Assembly (NCBI GenBank): GCA_964481435.1
Contig: CAYZTH010000001.1
Span: 7,992 to 71,991 of the forward strand
Length of the DNA stretch: 64,000 nucleotides
DNA from: Candidatus Woesearchaeota archaeon
Lineage (GTDB): Archaea > Nanobdellota > Nanobdellia > Pacearchaeales > UBA284
Direction: 5' to 3'
The notes under the pieces were generated by a model. That model was given only the letters and a program-made list of their open reading frames with translations. It did no database searches and was not told where the DNA came from. Below are positions 8,204 through 16,785 of this stretch, piece after piece (within the stretch, counting starts at the first letter, position 1; each line of letters opens with the position of its first letter). The position numbers were made by a program, and so were the translations under genes.

Positions 8204-8704
8204 ATGAATAAACCTAGAAAAGTAAGGAGAGTAACGTCTCAAGAGCCGGGAACTGGGGCACAAAAATATCTTGTTGACACTTCGGTGATAGCGCAGAAAA
8301 AATTATACCCCCTTTTCAAAGATAAGATTAAAGGGGAGCTTCTGATTCCAAATGCGGTTATTGCTGAGCTTGAAAATTTAGCTAATCGCGGCCAGGATAT
8401 TGGTTTTGATGGATTAGAGGATATAGCCAAACTTCATCATCTTAAATCAAGAGTCAAGATAAGATTTCTTGGCGATAGGCCGACAGGACATCAGATTAAA
8501 TTTGCTAAGTCTGGCGAGATAGACGCTTTAATAAGAAATTTAGCAGTTCAAGAAAAAGCAGTCTTAATTACTGCCGATAAAGTCCAAGCAAAATCCGCCC
8601 AGGCATATGGCCTTAAAGTTTTCTTCATAAAAACAATCTTCAAGGAAGAAAAGAAAAAATTCTCCCTTTTTGGATTTAAGAAAAATAACAAAAAAAAGAA
8701 ATAA
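8204..8704 (+). CDS. Stand-alone PIN domain protein (resembles the N-terminal PIN domain of PINA ATPase)
   Basis: VDTSVI, PNAVIAELE, AKSGEIDALIR, LITADKVQ. Confidence 0.8.
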   Translation: MNKPRKVRRVTSQEPGTGAQKYLVDTSVIAQKKLYPLFKDKIKGELLIPNAVIAELENLANRGQDIGFDGLEDIAKLHHLKSRVKIRFLGDRPTGHQIKFAKSGEIDALIRNLAVQEKAVLITADKVQAKSAQAYGLKVFFIKTIFKEEKKKFSLFGFKKNNKKKK

Positions 8705-8773
8705 GTTTATAAATCATTATTTAATTATCTCGTTATAAATTAATTTTTCAATTTATATTTGAAAAGAAGAGAA

Positions 8774-9400
8774 ATGATACCAAAAAAGATATTTTTTACT
8801 AAAGGCGTAGGAAGAGATAAAGAGAAATTAAAGTCTTTTGAGCTAGCTTTGAGAGATGCTGGAATCCAGCATTTTAATTTAGTAAATGTTTCAAGTATTA
8901 TGCCCCCTGGATGCAAGATAGTTCCAAGATCCCAGGGCTTGCAGGAGTTACATGCCGGGGAAATTGTTTTCTGCGTTATGGCTCGAAACGAAACAAATGA
9001 GCCAAATAGGCTTATTTCAGCCGCAATAGGTTGTGCAGTTCCTTCTGATCCAAACGCTTATGGTTATCTATCTGAGCACCACGACTTTGGTATGACGGAT
9101 TCTAATGCAGAGGATTATTCTGAAGACTTGGCAGCAACCATGCTTGCCTCTACTCTCGGAGTTGAATTTAATCCAGATGCGAGCTACGATGAAAGAAAAG
9201 AAGTTTGGAAGATCTCAGACAAATTTGTCAAGACAACAGCAATAGCACAATCAGCAGTGGGGGATAAAAATGGTCTATGGACTACGGTTGTTGCCGCAGT
9301 TATCTTTGTTCCTCCACAAGTTGAACCAAAAGGAGAATCGCTTCCTCCTATGCAAACAGAAATCACAACTGGAACCGCAAAAGATTCGGCCCAATCTTAA
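8774..9400 (+). CDS. pdaD: Pyruvoyl-dependent arginine decarboxylase
   Basis: SFELALRDAGI..FNLVNVSSIMP (Ser-Ser self-cleavage site), YGYLSEHH, WTTVVAAV. Confidence 0.92.
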   Translation: MIPKKIFFTKGVGRDKEKLKSFELALRDAGIQHFNLVNVSSIMPPGCKIVPRSQGLQELHAGEIVFCVMARNETNEPNRLISAAIGCAVPSDPNAYGYLSEHHDFGMTDSNAEDYSEDLAATMLASTLGVEFNPDASYDERKEVWKISDKFVKTTAIAQSAVGDKNGLWTTVVAAVIFVPPQVEPKGESLPPMQTEITTGTAKDSAQS

Positions 9401-9430
9401 GCTTTAAATATTCTCAGTTATTTAATAATT

Positions 9431-10348
9431 ATGGCAAATGAAATTTATGACCTGGCGATAGTTGGTGCAGGGGCAGCAGGATGTACTGCCGCAATATATT
9501 CTGCGAGAAGAAACTTGAAAACCCTCCTCCTAGATTCAAAAGCCATGGGGGGCTTATACACTGAAGCAACAATCATCGAAAACTATCCGGGTTTTGATAA
9601 AATTTCAGGCATAGAGCTGGCCCAGAAATTCCATAAGCAAGTTCAAGCACTCCCCATAAAGTTTATTCAAAAGGCTGTTGAAGACATAAAGAGTAAAAAA
9701 GATTTATTTGAAATCAAGACCGACAAAGAGACATTCGTAAGTAAAGCAATTATTATAACTTCTGGGCTTCAACCAAGAAATCTGGGTCTTGATACAGAGA
9801 AGAAATTTGTTGGTAAAGGAATAAGTTACTGTGCAACGTGTGACGCCCCTTTATTCCAGGGCAAGGATGTTGCAGTTGTTGGGGGAGGAAATTCTGCATT
9901 TTACTATGCTCTTCATCTTTCAGAGATATGCAATAAAGTCTATCTGATAAATATCAAAAAAGAATTCAGCGCAGACGATGTCGTTATATCAAAGGTCAAG
10001 TCCCAAAAAAATGTTGAATTCAAAGCCCCTTTTTCAGTATCAGAACTTAAGGGAAAGAATTTTTTAGAATCTATAAAAATAAAGCAAGATGGAAAAGAGC
10101 AAGTCCTTAATGTTTCAGGCTTGTTCATAGCAATAGGGCAAGAACCCAAGCTAGATTTCTTAAAAGACTTAAAACCCGCCCTTGGGGAAAAACACACTCT
10201 AAAAGTTGATGAAAATCTAAAAACATCGATAACAGGCATGTTCGCCGCAGGCGATGTCACCGGAACAGCGGGCCAAATAATAATTGCATGTGGCCAGGGA
10301 GCCAAGGCTGCCCTTAATGCGACCCAGTATCTTAAAGAAAAAGATTAA
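9431..10348 (+). CDS. trxB: Thioredoxin-disulfide reductase
   Basis: GAGAAG, SYCATCD, VGGGNSA, FAAGDVT. Confidence 0.93.
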   Translation: MANEIYDLAIVGAGAAGCTAAIYSARRNLKTLLLDSKAMGGLYTEATIIENYPGFDKISGIELAQKFHKQVQALPIKFIQKAVEDIKSKKDLFEIKTDKETFVSKAIIITSGLQPRNLGLDTEKKFVGKGISYCATCDAPLFQGKDVAVVGGGNSAFYYALHLSEICNKVYLINIKKEFSADDVVISKVKSQKNVEFKAPFSVSELKGKNFLESIKIKQDGKEQVLNVSGLFIAIGQEPKLDFLKDLKPALGEKHTLKVDENLKTSITGMFAAGDVTGTAGQIIIACGQGAKAALNATQYLKEKD

Positions 10349-10363
10349 TAAAATTAATATAAA

Positions 10364-10948
10364 ATGGCAGAAGTGAAAGTTTTAATTGAAGGTTATGCAA
10401 AAAAAGATAAAAATGGCTGGTTAGCTTCTCCCGCAACAGTTCTAATCAAAGATAACGGTTTGAATATAATTGCAGATCCTGGTTCAAACAAAAAGCTTCT
10501 ACTTAAAAAACTAGCAGAAGAGAAGCTTAAACCCGAAGATATAAATCTTATATTTGTTACGCACTATCACCTAGACCATACTCTAAACATCAGACTTTTT
10601 CCAGATTGTGACGTATTAGATGGGACTGAAATAAATAGGGATGATAAAATCATAAGTTATTCTGATAAGATTCCTGGGACAAGTATTCAAGTAATTCAAA
10701 CTCCCGGACATGCTCACGAACATGCTTCATTGATTGTCAATACAAACAAAGGTAAGATCCTTATTGCAGGGGATTTATTCTGGTGGAGAACTGATGAAAA
10801 ACAGGCAACGGATTATGAAAGCTTGATAAAAAAACAAGACCCTTATGTCAAAGATGAGGAAGAGATTGAAGAAAGTAGAAAGATGGCTTTAGCCTTAGCA
10901 GACTGGGTTATTCCCGGTCATGGCAAGATGTTCAAGGTCAAAAAGTAA
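10364..10948 (+). CDS. Metallo-beta-lactamase-fold hydrolase
   Basis: THYHLDH, TPGH, AGDLF, PGHG. Confidence 0.9.
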   Translation: MAEVKVLIEGYAKKDKNGWLASPATVLIKDNGLNIIADPGSNKKLLLKKLAEEKLKPEDINLIFVTHYHLDHTLNIRLFPDCDVLDGTEINRDDKIISYSDKIPGTSIQVIQTPGHAHEHASLIVNTNKGKILIAGDLFWWRTDEKQATDYESLIKKQDPYVKDEEEIEESRKMALALADWVIPGHGKMFKVKK

Positions 10949-10950
10949 AA

Positions 10951-11024
10951 CGCACCCGAGAGGAGTTGAACCCCCAACCTAAGGCTTAGGATGCCTTCGC
11001 TCTATCCAGTTGAGCTACGGGTGC
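10951..11024 (-). tRNA. tRNA-Arg(CCT)
   Basis: GCACCCG/CGGGTGC-G acceptor, GCTCAACTGGATAGAGC D-arm, AAGGC-ATCCTAA-GCCTT anticodon arm, GGTTCAACTCC. Confidence 0.93.
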
Positions 11025-11074
11025 TTGATATCTTTATCGATTATATATTTAAATAACTTCTTTAAGAAGAAGCA

Positions 11075-11146
11075 TGCGCCGGCCGGGGGTCGAACCCGGG
11101 TATATTGCTTGGAAGGCAATAGTCTTGACCACTGGACCACCAGCGC
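11075..11146 (-). tRNA. tRNA-Gly(TCC)
   Basis: GCGCTGG/CCGGCGC-A acceptor, ATTGC-CTTCCAA-GCAAT anticodon arm, CCGGG-TTCGACC-CCCGG T arm; starts 2 nt after the LAGLIDADG stop. Confidence 0.95.
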
Positions 11147-11148
11147 GC

Positions 11149-11973
11149 TTAATTAAAGTATAAATTGAACTTTTTTAAATGTTTAGGATTAGCAGGTTTT
11201 ATTACTTCAAAAAACCTCTTGATATCCTCTTTTTTATACAAATAAACATTTTTCTTCCTTATGCCAAATTCAAAATCTATAAACTTTAGGCCACCTTTTA
11301 TTTGTTCTAAATAAACAGGGTCCCCACTGGATATTTCAACAACAGGGTCTTTTTTTCTTCTTATATAAAATGTTCCATCTGTATCAAATAGGCCCCTAAA
11401 ATAGTTAGCAAGGAGATTTTTATCAGAAAAAATTTCTTTAGGGATACCTAGTTTCCCCATTTTCCTTCCTTTTGGTAACTCAAATTCTTTTGTTAAAAAA
11501 TCAATTAATTCTTTGGAATATCCCCTTAACTTCAAATAATGATTAAATTTTTCAATATTGAACTTCATTTTAAAGAGTTCTTCAAATTTTTTCTTTAGAT
11601 ACAAGAAATAATTCGTATCACCCAAATTCCCTGTAACAGAAACTTCATGATTTATTTTGCTTAAATGCCCGTCTCCATTAAGAACGCCCAAAACTTCAGC
11701 AAGGTTCTGGTCTAAAATAGGTTTATTTATGCACTTTTTCAAATATTTTTCCATCACAATTATATCAAATTTTTTTGGATTAAATGAAGATATTTTTACC
11801 AATTTATCAAAAGTGATTTGAGGAATTAAGCAATCTCCTCTTTTGTATTTGAAAATCATATCTCTAGTAACCCCTAATTCCTTTGATAAATGGGGATAGG
11901 TAGAAACTTTTTCTTTAGCTTTTTTAAAGAGATTATTTCTTTCTAACGCATTAATCTTTATGAAATTAGCCAT
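11149..11973 (-). CDS. Free-standing two-motif LAGLIDADG endonuclease with N-terminal HTH-like region
   Basis: LAEVLGVLNGDG and YFRGLFDTDG motifs; TYPHLSKELGVTRDMIFKYKRG HTH-like; ATG 11973 is 21 nt after TTTATAAA. Confidence 0.88.
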   Translation of the reverse strand: MANFIKINALERNNLFKKAKEKVSTYPHLSKELGVTRDMIFKYKRGDCLIPQITFDKLVKISSFNPKKFDIIVMEKYLKKCINKPILDQNLAEVLGVLNGDGHLSKINHEVSVTGNLGDTNYFLYLKKKFEELFKMKFNIEKFNHYLKLRGYSKELIDFLTKEFELPKGRKMGKLGIPKEIFSDKNLLANYFRGLFDTDGTFYIRRKKDPVVEISSGDPVYLEQIKGGLKFIDFEFGIRKKNVYLYKKEDIKRFFEVIKPANPKHLKKFNLYFN

Positions 11974-12014
11974 AATCCTTAGAAGAATTTCATATTTATA
12001 AATCTTATTATTTC

Positions 12015-12038
12015 TACTAACCACTATACTACCAACGC
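12015..12038 (-). pseudogene. 5' fragment (nt 1-24) of a tRNA-Gly-like gene
   Basis: GCGTTGGTAGTATAGTGGTTAGTA; 17/24 identical to the tRNA-Gly 5' end with compensatory D-stem change; TTTTTAAA box plus purine-rich BRE 23 nt upstream. Confidence 0.7.
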
Positions 12039-12120
12039 ATGATTTTATCAGATATGCTCAATTTAAAAACCTTTTTCACAGAAATGAAAGGTTTTTAAAC
12101 ACCCCCCGCTAATCATAAAA

Positions 12121-13143
12121 ATGGAACCAGAAGACAATATTGCTAAGGCAGATGGTGTTTCTGAGAATAAGGTCGAAGAATTAAAAGAAGAAAAGACCGA
12201 AGTAAAAGAGATAAAACCTGAAAAAGTAAAAGAAAAAGGGCCCAAAAAACCATTTAGACTTATTCCGACTTCTGCATGGTATGATAAACACTATAAGAAA
12301 CTTCTGATCATATGGATAATTATCTCCATTTTGATTATTGCTCAGCTCGTTTTTATGGTAGCAACAACTGGCGATATAATGCGCAAGGATGTCTCACTTA
12401 CAGGAGGAACTTCTATAAGTGTCTACACAAACGCTACGATGAACACGAAAGAATTAGCTGCTTCTTTAAAAGCCAGTCTGAATCAAGAGGTTTCTGTTCG
12501 AACACTGACTGAGATCTCTTCAGGAAAACAGATTGCCTTTATTGTTGAAACCAAGGCGGACGCAAATCAGACACAGACCGCGCTTGAAGAAAGATTGGGC
12601 TATACTTTGGACTCAGGCAATTCCACAATAGAGACGTCTGGTTCAAATCTAAGCAAGTCTTTCTATAGGCAATTGATAATCGCCTTGATACTGGCATTCA
12701 TTTTCATGGGAATAACTGTTTTCATAATATTCAGGGTACCAATCCCAAGCCTGGCAATAATCCAGTGCGGAGTTTTTGATACTATTGGTGCTTTAGCCAT
12801 AGCAAATTTATTCGGAATACAGATGTCCACGGCGGGTATAGCTGCCTTGCTTATGCTTGTCGGGTACTCAGTAGATACTGACACGCTTCTGACAACGAAA
12901 GTCATCAAAAGAAAAAGCGAAGGCAATACAAATTCAAGAATCAAATCTTCATTCAAAACAGGGATAATAATGACCCTGACCTCCTTAGTAGCAGTAATAA
13001 CTGGATACTTCATTGTAACCTCTCCTGTCTTAAAACAAATATTCTTTGTTTTATCAGCAGGACTGGTAATTGACCTATTTGGGACATGGTTTGGCAACGC
13101 AGCAATACTTAAATGGTACTGTAAGAAGAAGGGAATAAACTAA
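12121..13143 (+). CDS. secF: Protein translocase subunit SecF
   Basis: DVSLTGGT, AALLMLVGYSVDTDTLLT, multiple TMs. Confidence 0.92.
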   Translation: MEPEDNIAKADGVSENKVEELKEEKTEVKEIKPEKVKEKGPKKPFRLIPTSAWYDKHYKKLLIIWIIISILIIAQLVFMVATTGDIMRKDVSLTGGTSISVYTNATMNTKELAASLKASLNQEVSVRTLTEISSGKQIAFIVETKADANQTQTALEERLGYTLDSGNSTIETSGSNLSKSFYRQLIIALILAFIFMGITVFIIFRVPIPSLAIIQCGVFDTIGALAIANLFGIQMSTAGIAALLMLVGYSVDTDTLLTTKVIKRKSEGNTNSRIKSSFKTGIIMTLTSLVAVITGYFIVTSPVLKQIFFVLSAGLVIDLFGTWFGNAAILKWYCKKKGIN

Positions 13144-13177
13144 ATATAATTAACAAAATAAATAAAACTTATAAAAA

Positions 13178-14908
13178 ATGGCAAAAGTATCTTGGAAAAT
13201 ATGGCTCTTGGTTATTGCGTTGATTATAGCTCTTGCTTTGATAATTAATTTTAAAGCTTTTTCCGGAGGTGTGGAAATCAATGATATAAATACAAATTCT
13301 TCTGCATTTAATGCCGGAATTGCAAGAGGAGAGATACTAAAAGAAATAAATGGAGTTAAAATCAATTCTATTCCGGAGTTTTATAATGAAATTTCCAAAA
13401 TACAGATTGTTCCAAGAACGCTGACTATCCAGACCGAAGATAAACTCATTACATATCAGACTTCCCAGATAGACTTCAGCATAGATAACCGGACTGTTTC
13501 TTTCGTTTCCGGAGATTCTGAAAAAGCCGGCCTAAAAGTTGGCATGATTGTAGAATCCATAGATAATTATTCCCTCGCGAGTTTTTCTTTTTCAGACATT
13601 AGAAAAGAAATCGAACCATCTGTAAAAATTGAGATTCTGACCGACGTGAATGATTATATCTTTTTGACTACAAAAGACCCGGGCATAACTGTAACAAAAC
13701 TTTCTAAGTGGAATGTAAAAACAGGGCTGGATATACAAGGAGGTTCAAGAGCATTGATATCCCCTGAAAAGAAACTTGATGCCCAAGAGATGATTAATTT
13801 TAAATCAGTTATAGAACAGAGACTTAATACTTATGGAATTAAAGACGTAGTTATTCGTGATGCAAGCAATCCTTTTACAAGTGAGCAGTACCTTATTATT
13901 GAGATTGCGGGCGCAACACCAAAGGAACTTCAAGAGCTTATATCCCAACAGGGAAAATTTGAAGCCAAAATCGGCAACAGTACCGTCTTTGTCGGAGGAA
14001 TGGGGGACATTAAGCATGTTTGCCAAGGAGATGGTTCATGCGAATTTGTTGAACCTGCCCAATTATCGGGAAGTTCATACTTTGCTAAGTTCAGTTTCAC
14101 CATAGATTTATCTCCAAAAGCTGCTCAGAGACAAGCCCAGGCAACATCAAGACTTTCTGAAAATTTAAGTCAGGGAAAAGGATATCTCAATGAAACAATT
14201 GACTTATATCTAGATGATACTTTATTAGACAAACTTCTTATTTCATCTGATCTAAAAGGAAAAGAAGTGACAACAGTAACAATTTCGGGTTCTGGAGTCG
14301 GCAATTCCAAAGCAGATGCTGTTAAAGATTCTCAAAACAGTATGAAAAAATTACAGACTATCCTCATTACAGGAAGCCTGCCTTTCAAGATAAGGATAGA
14401 TAAGATAGACACCATTTCTCCAACCGTTGGCCAAGAATTCAATCAAAACATAATCTTCGCAATAATTGCCATTTTCATTGTAGTCTGCTTGATTATATAT
14501 TTAAGATTCAGAAAGCTGAAGATTGTCCTTCCAGTGATAATAACACTAGCTTCAGAAGTTATTTTGACACTAGGTATCGCTGCCCTGATTAAATGGAATT
14601 TAGATCTTCCTAGTATTGCAGGTATAATTGCGGCCATTGGTACAGGGGTTGATGATCAGATTGTCATGATTGATGAGTCTGAAACCTCCAAGGAGTATGG
14701 GATAAAAGAGAGAATCAAAAGAGCTTTTTTCATAATCTTTGCAGCCTATGCCACAGTTATGGTTTCTTTAGTTCCTCTCTGGTTTGCAGGAGCAGGCCTA
14801 TTGAAAGGTTTTGCACTGACAACAGCAATAGGAATAACTGTTGGAGTCTTCATAACAAGGCCTGCATTTGCGGAATTCCTCAAAATCATTAAAAAAGATA
14901 AAGACTGA
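13178..14908 (+). CDS. secD: Protein translocase subunit SecD with N-terminal PDZ-like region
   Basis: GLDIQGGSR, EQRLNTYG, GSLP, IAGIIAAIGTGVDDQIV, LKGFALTT. Confidence 0.92.
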   Translation: MAKVSWKIWLLVIALIIALALIINFKAFSGGVEINDINTNSSAFNAGIARGEILKEINGVKINSIPEFYNEISKIQIVPRTLTIQTEDKLITYQTSQIDFSIDNRTVSFVSGDSEKAGLKVGMIVESIDNYSLASFSFSDIRKEIEPSVKIEILTDVNDYIFLTTKDPGITVTKLSKWNVKTGLDIQGGSRALISPEKKLDAQEMINFKSVIEQRLNTYGIKDVVIRDASNPFTSEQYLIIEIAGATPKELQELISQQGKFEAKIGNSTVFVGGMGDIKHVCQGDGSCEFVEPAQLSGSSYFAKFSFTIDLSPKAAQRQAQATSRLSENLSQGKGYLNETIDLYLDDTLLDKLLISSDLKGKEVTTVTISGSGVGNSKADAVKDSQNSMKKLQTILITGSLPFKIRIDKIDTISPTVGQEFNQNIIFAIIAIFIVVCLIIYLRFRKLKIVLPVIITLASEVILTLGIAALIKWNLDLPSIAGIIAAIGTGVDDQIVMIDESETSKEYGIKERIKRAFFIIFAAYATVMVSLVPLWFAGAGLLKGFALTTAIGITVGVFITRPAFAEFLKIIKKDKD

Positions 14909-14919
14909 AAAGCCCAGAT

Positions 14920-15339
14920 ATGCTTCCCCACATACATGTGATTATCTCGCTAATAGCCTCACTAATCCTCTATGCTCTGAAAATAAATCCTCTTTTTATT
15001 TTATTATTCTTCTTAGCTTCGATTTTGATAGATTTCGATCACTATCTGTTATATGTTTTCAGAAAAAAGAAGTTCAACCTCTTCAAAGCATATAGTTACT
15101 GTCGAAATGATTCTGAAAGAGAATTCTTAAAAGAAGGGAAGAAAAGAGTCTTATTCGTTTTTCATAATGTTGAGATTTTTTTGATTCTGTTTATTCTTTC
15201 TTTTTTCATAAGTTTCTTTGTGCCTATTGTTTTAGGATATGTATTTCATTCGATAATTGATATTATAACTGAAATGCCCGAGAAAGTTAAAAAAGATTGG
15301 TCAATTATCCATTACTGTACTGGAATCATCAAAAATTAG
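14920..15339 (+). CDS. Membrane protein, putative metal-dependent hydrolase
   Basis: PHIH, LIDFDH, FHNVE, FHSIID motifs among TM segments. Confidence 0.6.
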   Translation: MLPHIHVIISLIASLILYALKINPLFILLFFLASILIDFDHYLLYVFRKKKFNLFKAYSYCRNDSEREFLKEGKKRVLFVFHNVEIFLILFILSFFISFFVPIVLGYVFHSIIDIITEMPEKVKKDWSIIHYCTGIIKN

Positions 15340-15342
15340 AAA

Positions 15343-15406
15343 CTCTTTGGTGCCCAGAAAACTTCTTTGGCATACCAAAAATTGAATAATTTTTTAGCAT
15401 GCGAGA
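15343..15406. repeat. Intergenic hairpin element, longer variant
   Basis: TTTG-GTGCC...GGCAT-ACC-AAAAATT-GAAT-AATTTTT-TA-GCATG-CGAG. Confidence 0.45.
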
Positions 15407-15439
15407 TATCCTACTCATACCAAAAAAGTGGTCGTATTC

Positions 15440-16615
15440 TTAATTTCTGTTTTCCAATAATCCCCTGATGGTGTTTATCTCTTTTTTGCTTAAGTCAGGA
15501 TTATTGGGAATATAAAAGCCGAAATTATGGATTATTTCGGCATTTTTCATCGCGTGTTTTTTATCTTTAAAGAAAGGCTGATTGACTATACAGCCAGCAA
15601 CAATTGGTCGAATCTCTACTTTTTTATCAAATTTATTTTTATAGTGTTCAAAAGTTTCCTTATTTTTGCATATAACCGGATAAGCAAAATTTGAGATAAA
15701 ATCCATGTGCCTTAAATTTAATCTTAAAAAATCCGGATTTTTTCTAGCAGAAAGATCATATCGTATAAAAGTGCTCATTCTTTTTCTTATAGTTTCAGGA
15801 AGATATTTCAGTTGCTCACATCCAAGAAAACCAGTAATCTCCGTGGGCCTAAGATTATATCCACTTATGTAAAAGCAGTATTTCTCATAAAAATCATCAA
15901 TTTGATGTTTATTCTTAAGTTCAGCCCTTTTTGTTGGATTAAGATTTCTGCCCCATCCATGGGCTCTTACCATGATCAGCATATTGTATAAATCTTCGTC
16001 ATCAGTGCAGACCATTCCGCCCTCAATAGTTGAGAGATGATGCCCGACATAGAATGAAAAAGTGCTTGCCAAACCAAAATTTCCCAATTTTTGATTCTTT
16101 ATTGTGCTTCCAAGGGATTCGCAATTATCCTCGATAAGGATAATTCCTTTTTTATTGCAAATCTCTTTTATCTTATCTAGATCTCCACAAAAACCAAGCA
16201 AGTTTGTTACAAAAAGAGCACTTATCTTCTTTTTATTCAGGCTCTCTAAAAGATTTTCTGAAGTGATATTAAGATTCTCTAAAGAGACGTCAATAGGTAC
16301 TGGATTCATATTTAATTGGGTTATTGGCATGACATTTGTTGCCCAGGTCACGGCAGAAAAACCCACATTTTTTCCCTCTTTAAGAAGACCAAGGTTAACC
16401 AGGGAGTGTATTAGAACAAGATTTGCAGAACTTCCGCTGTTGAACAGAACCGCGTATTTTCTGCCCTGATCGCGAGCAAACCTAGTTTCAAATTCCTTGC
16501 ATTTTTTGCCCATGCTTAGTTTCTTTGACTTCCAGATGAAATTATTTAATAAGAATTTTGTTTTAAATTCTTTATAGAACGTTTTTTTCATCAATAAGAT
16601 TATCTTTTTTTTCAT
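15440..16615 (-). CDS. DegT/DnrJ-family PLP enzyme, ColD-like GDP-4-keto-6-deoxymannose 3-dehydratase
   Basis: NSGSSANL, EDNCESLG, STFSFYVGHHLSTIEGG with His in place of the usual Schiff-base Lys. Confidence 0.8.
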   Translation of the reverse strand: MKKKIILLMKKTFYKEFKTKFLLNNFIWKSKKLSMGKKCKEFETRFARDQGRKYAVLFNSGSSANLVLIHSLVNLGLLKEGKNVGFSAVTWATNVMPITQLNMNPVPIDVSLENLNITSENLLESLNKKKISALFVTNLLGFCGDLDKIKEICNKKGIILIEDNCESLGSTIKNQKLGNFGLASTFSFYVGHHLSTIEGGMVCTDDEDLYNMLIMVRAHGWGRNLNPTKRAELKNKHQIDDFYEKYCFYISGYNLRPTEITGFLGCEQLKYLPETIRKRMSTFIRYDLSARKNPDFLRLNLRHMDFISNFAYPVICKNKETFEHYKNKFDKKVEIRPIVAGCIVNQPFFKDKKHAMKNAEIIHNFGFYIPNNPDLSKKEINTIRGLLENRN

Positions 16616-16785
16616 TTTTCAGATTTTTAAAAGGATTCTTTTCTAGTTAAAAATGATTTAAAAAGTTTGTCTTCTCCGAAGAGAATAGCACTATCACTCA
16701 GTCGCAAAAAAAGTATATCCTACGGCCCTTTTATGAGCTTATTATTTTGACAAAGTTTATAAACCAAAAGATGCGTTCTTAAAAC

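Noticed and set aside
6237..11973. LAGLIDADG ORFs as inteins or intron-encoded ORFs
   Set aside because: No Hint splicing motifs (N-terminal C/S, C-terminal HN) and no flanking extein or rRNA exons.
11123..12014. One giant tRNA-Gly intron containing the endonuclease
   Set aside because: No convincing BHB at the 24/25 junctions, and the downstream tRNA is already complete.
15405..16721. Shared ATATCCTAC on both sides of the ColD-like gene
   Set aside because: A 9-nt match is too short to support a target-site duplication.
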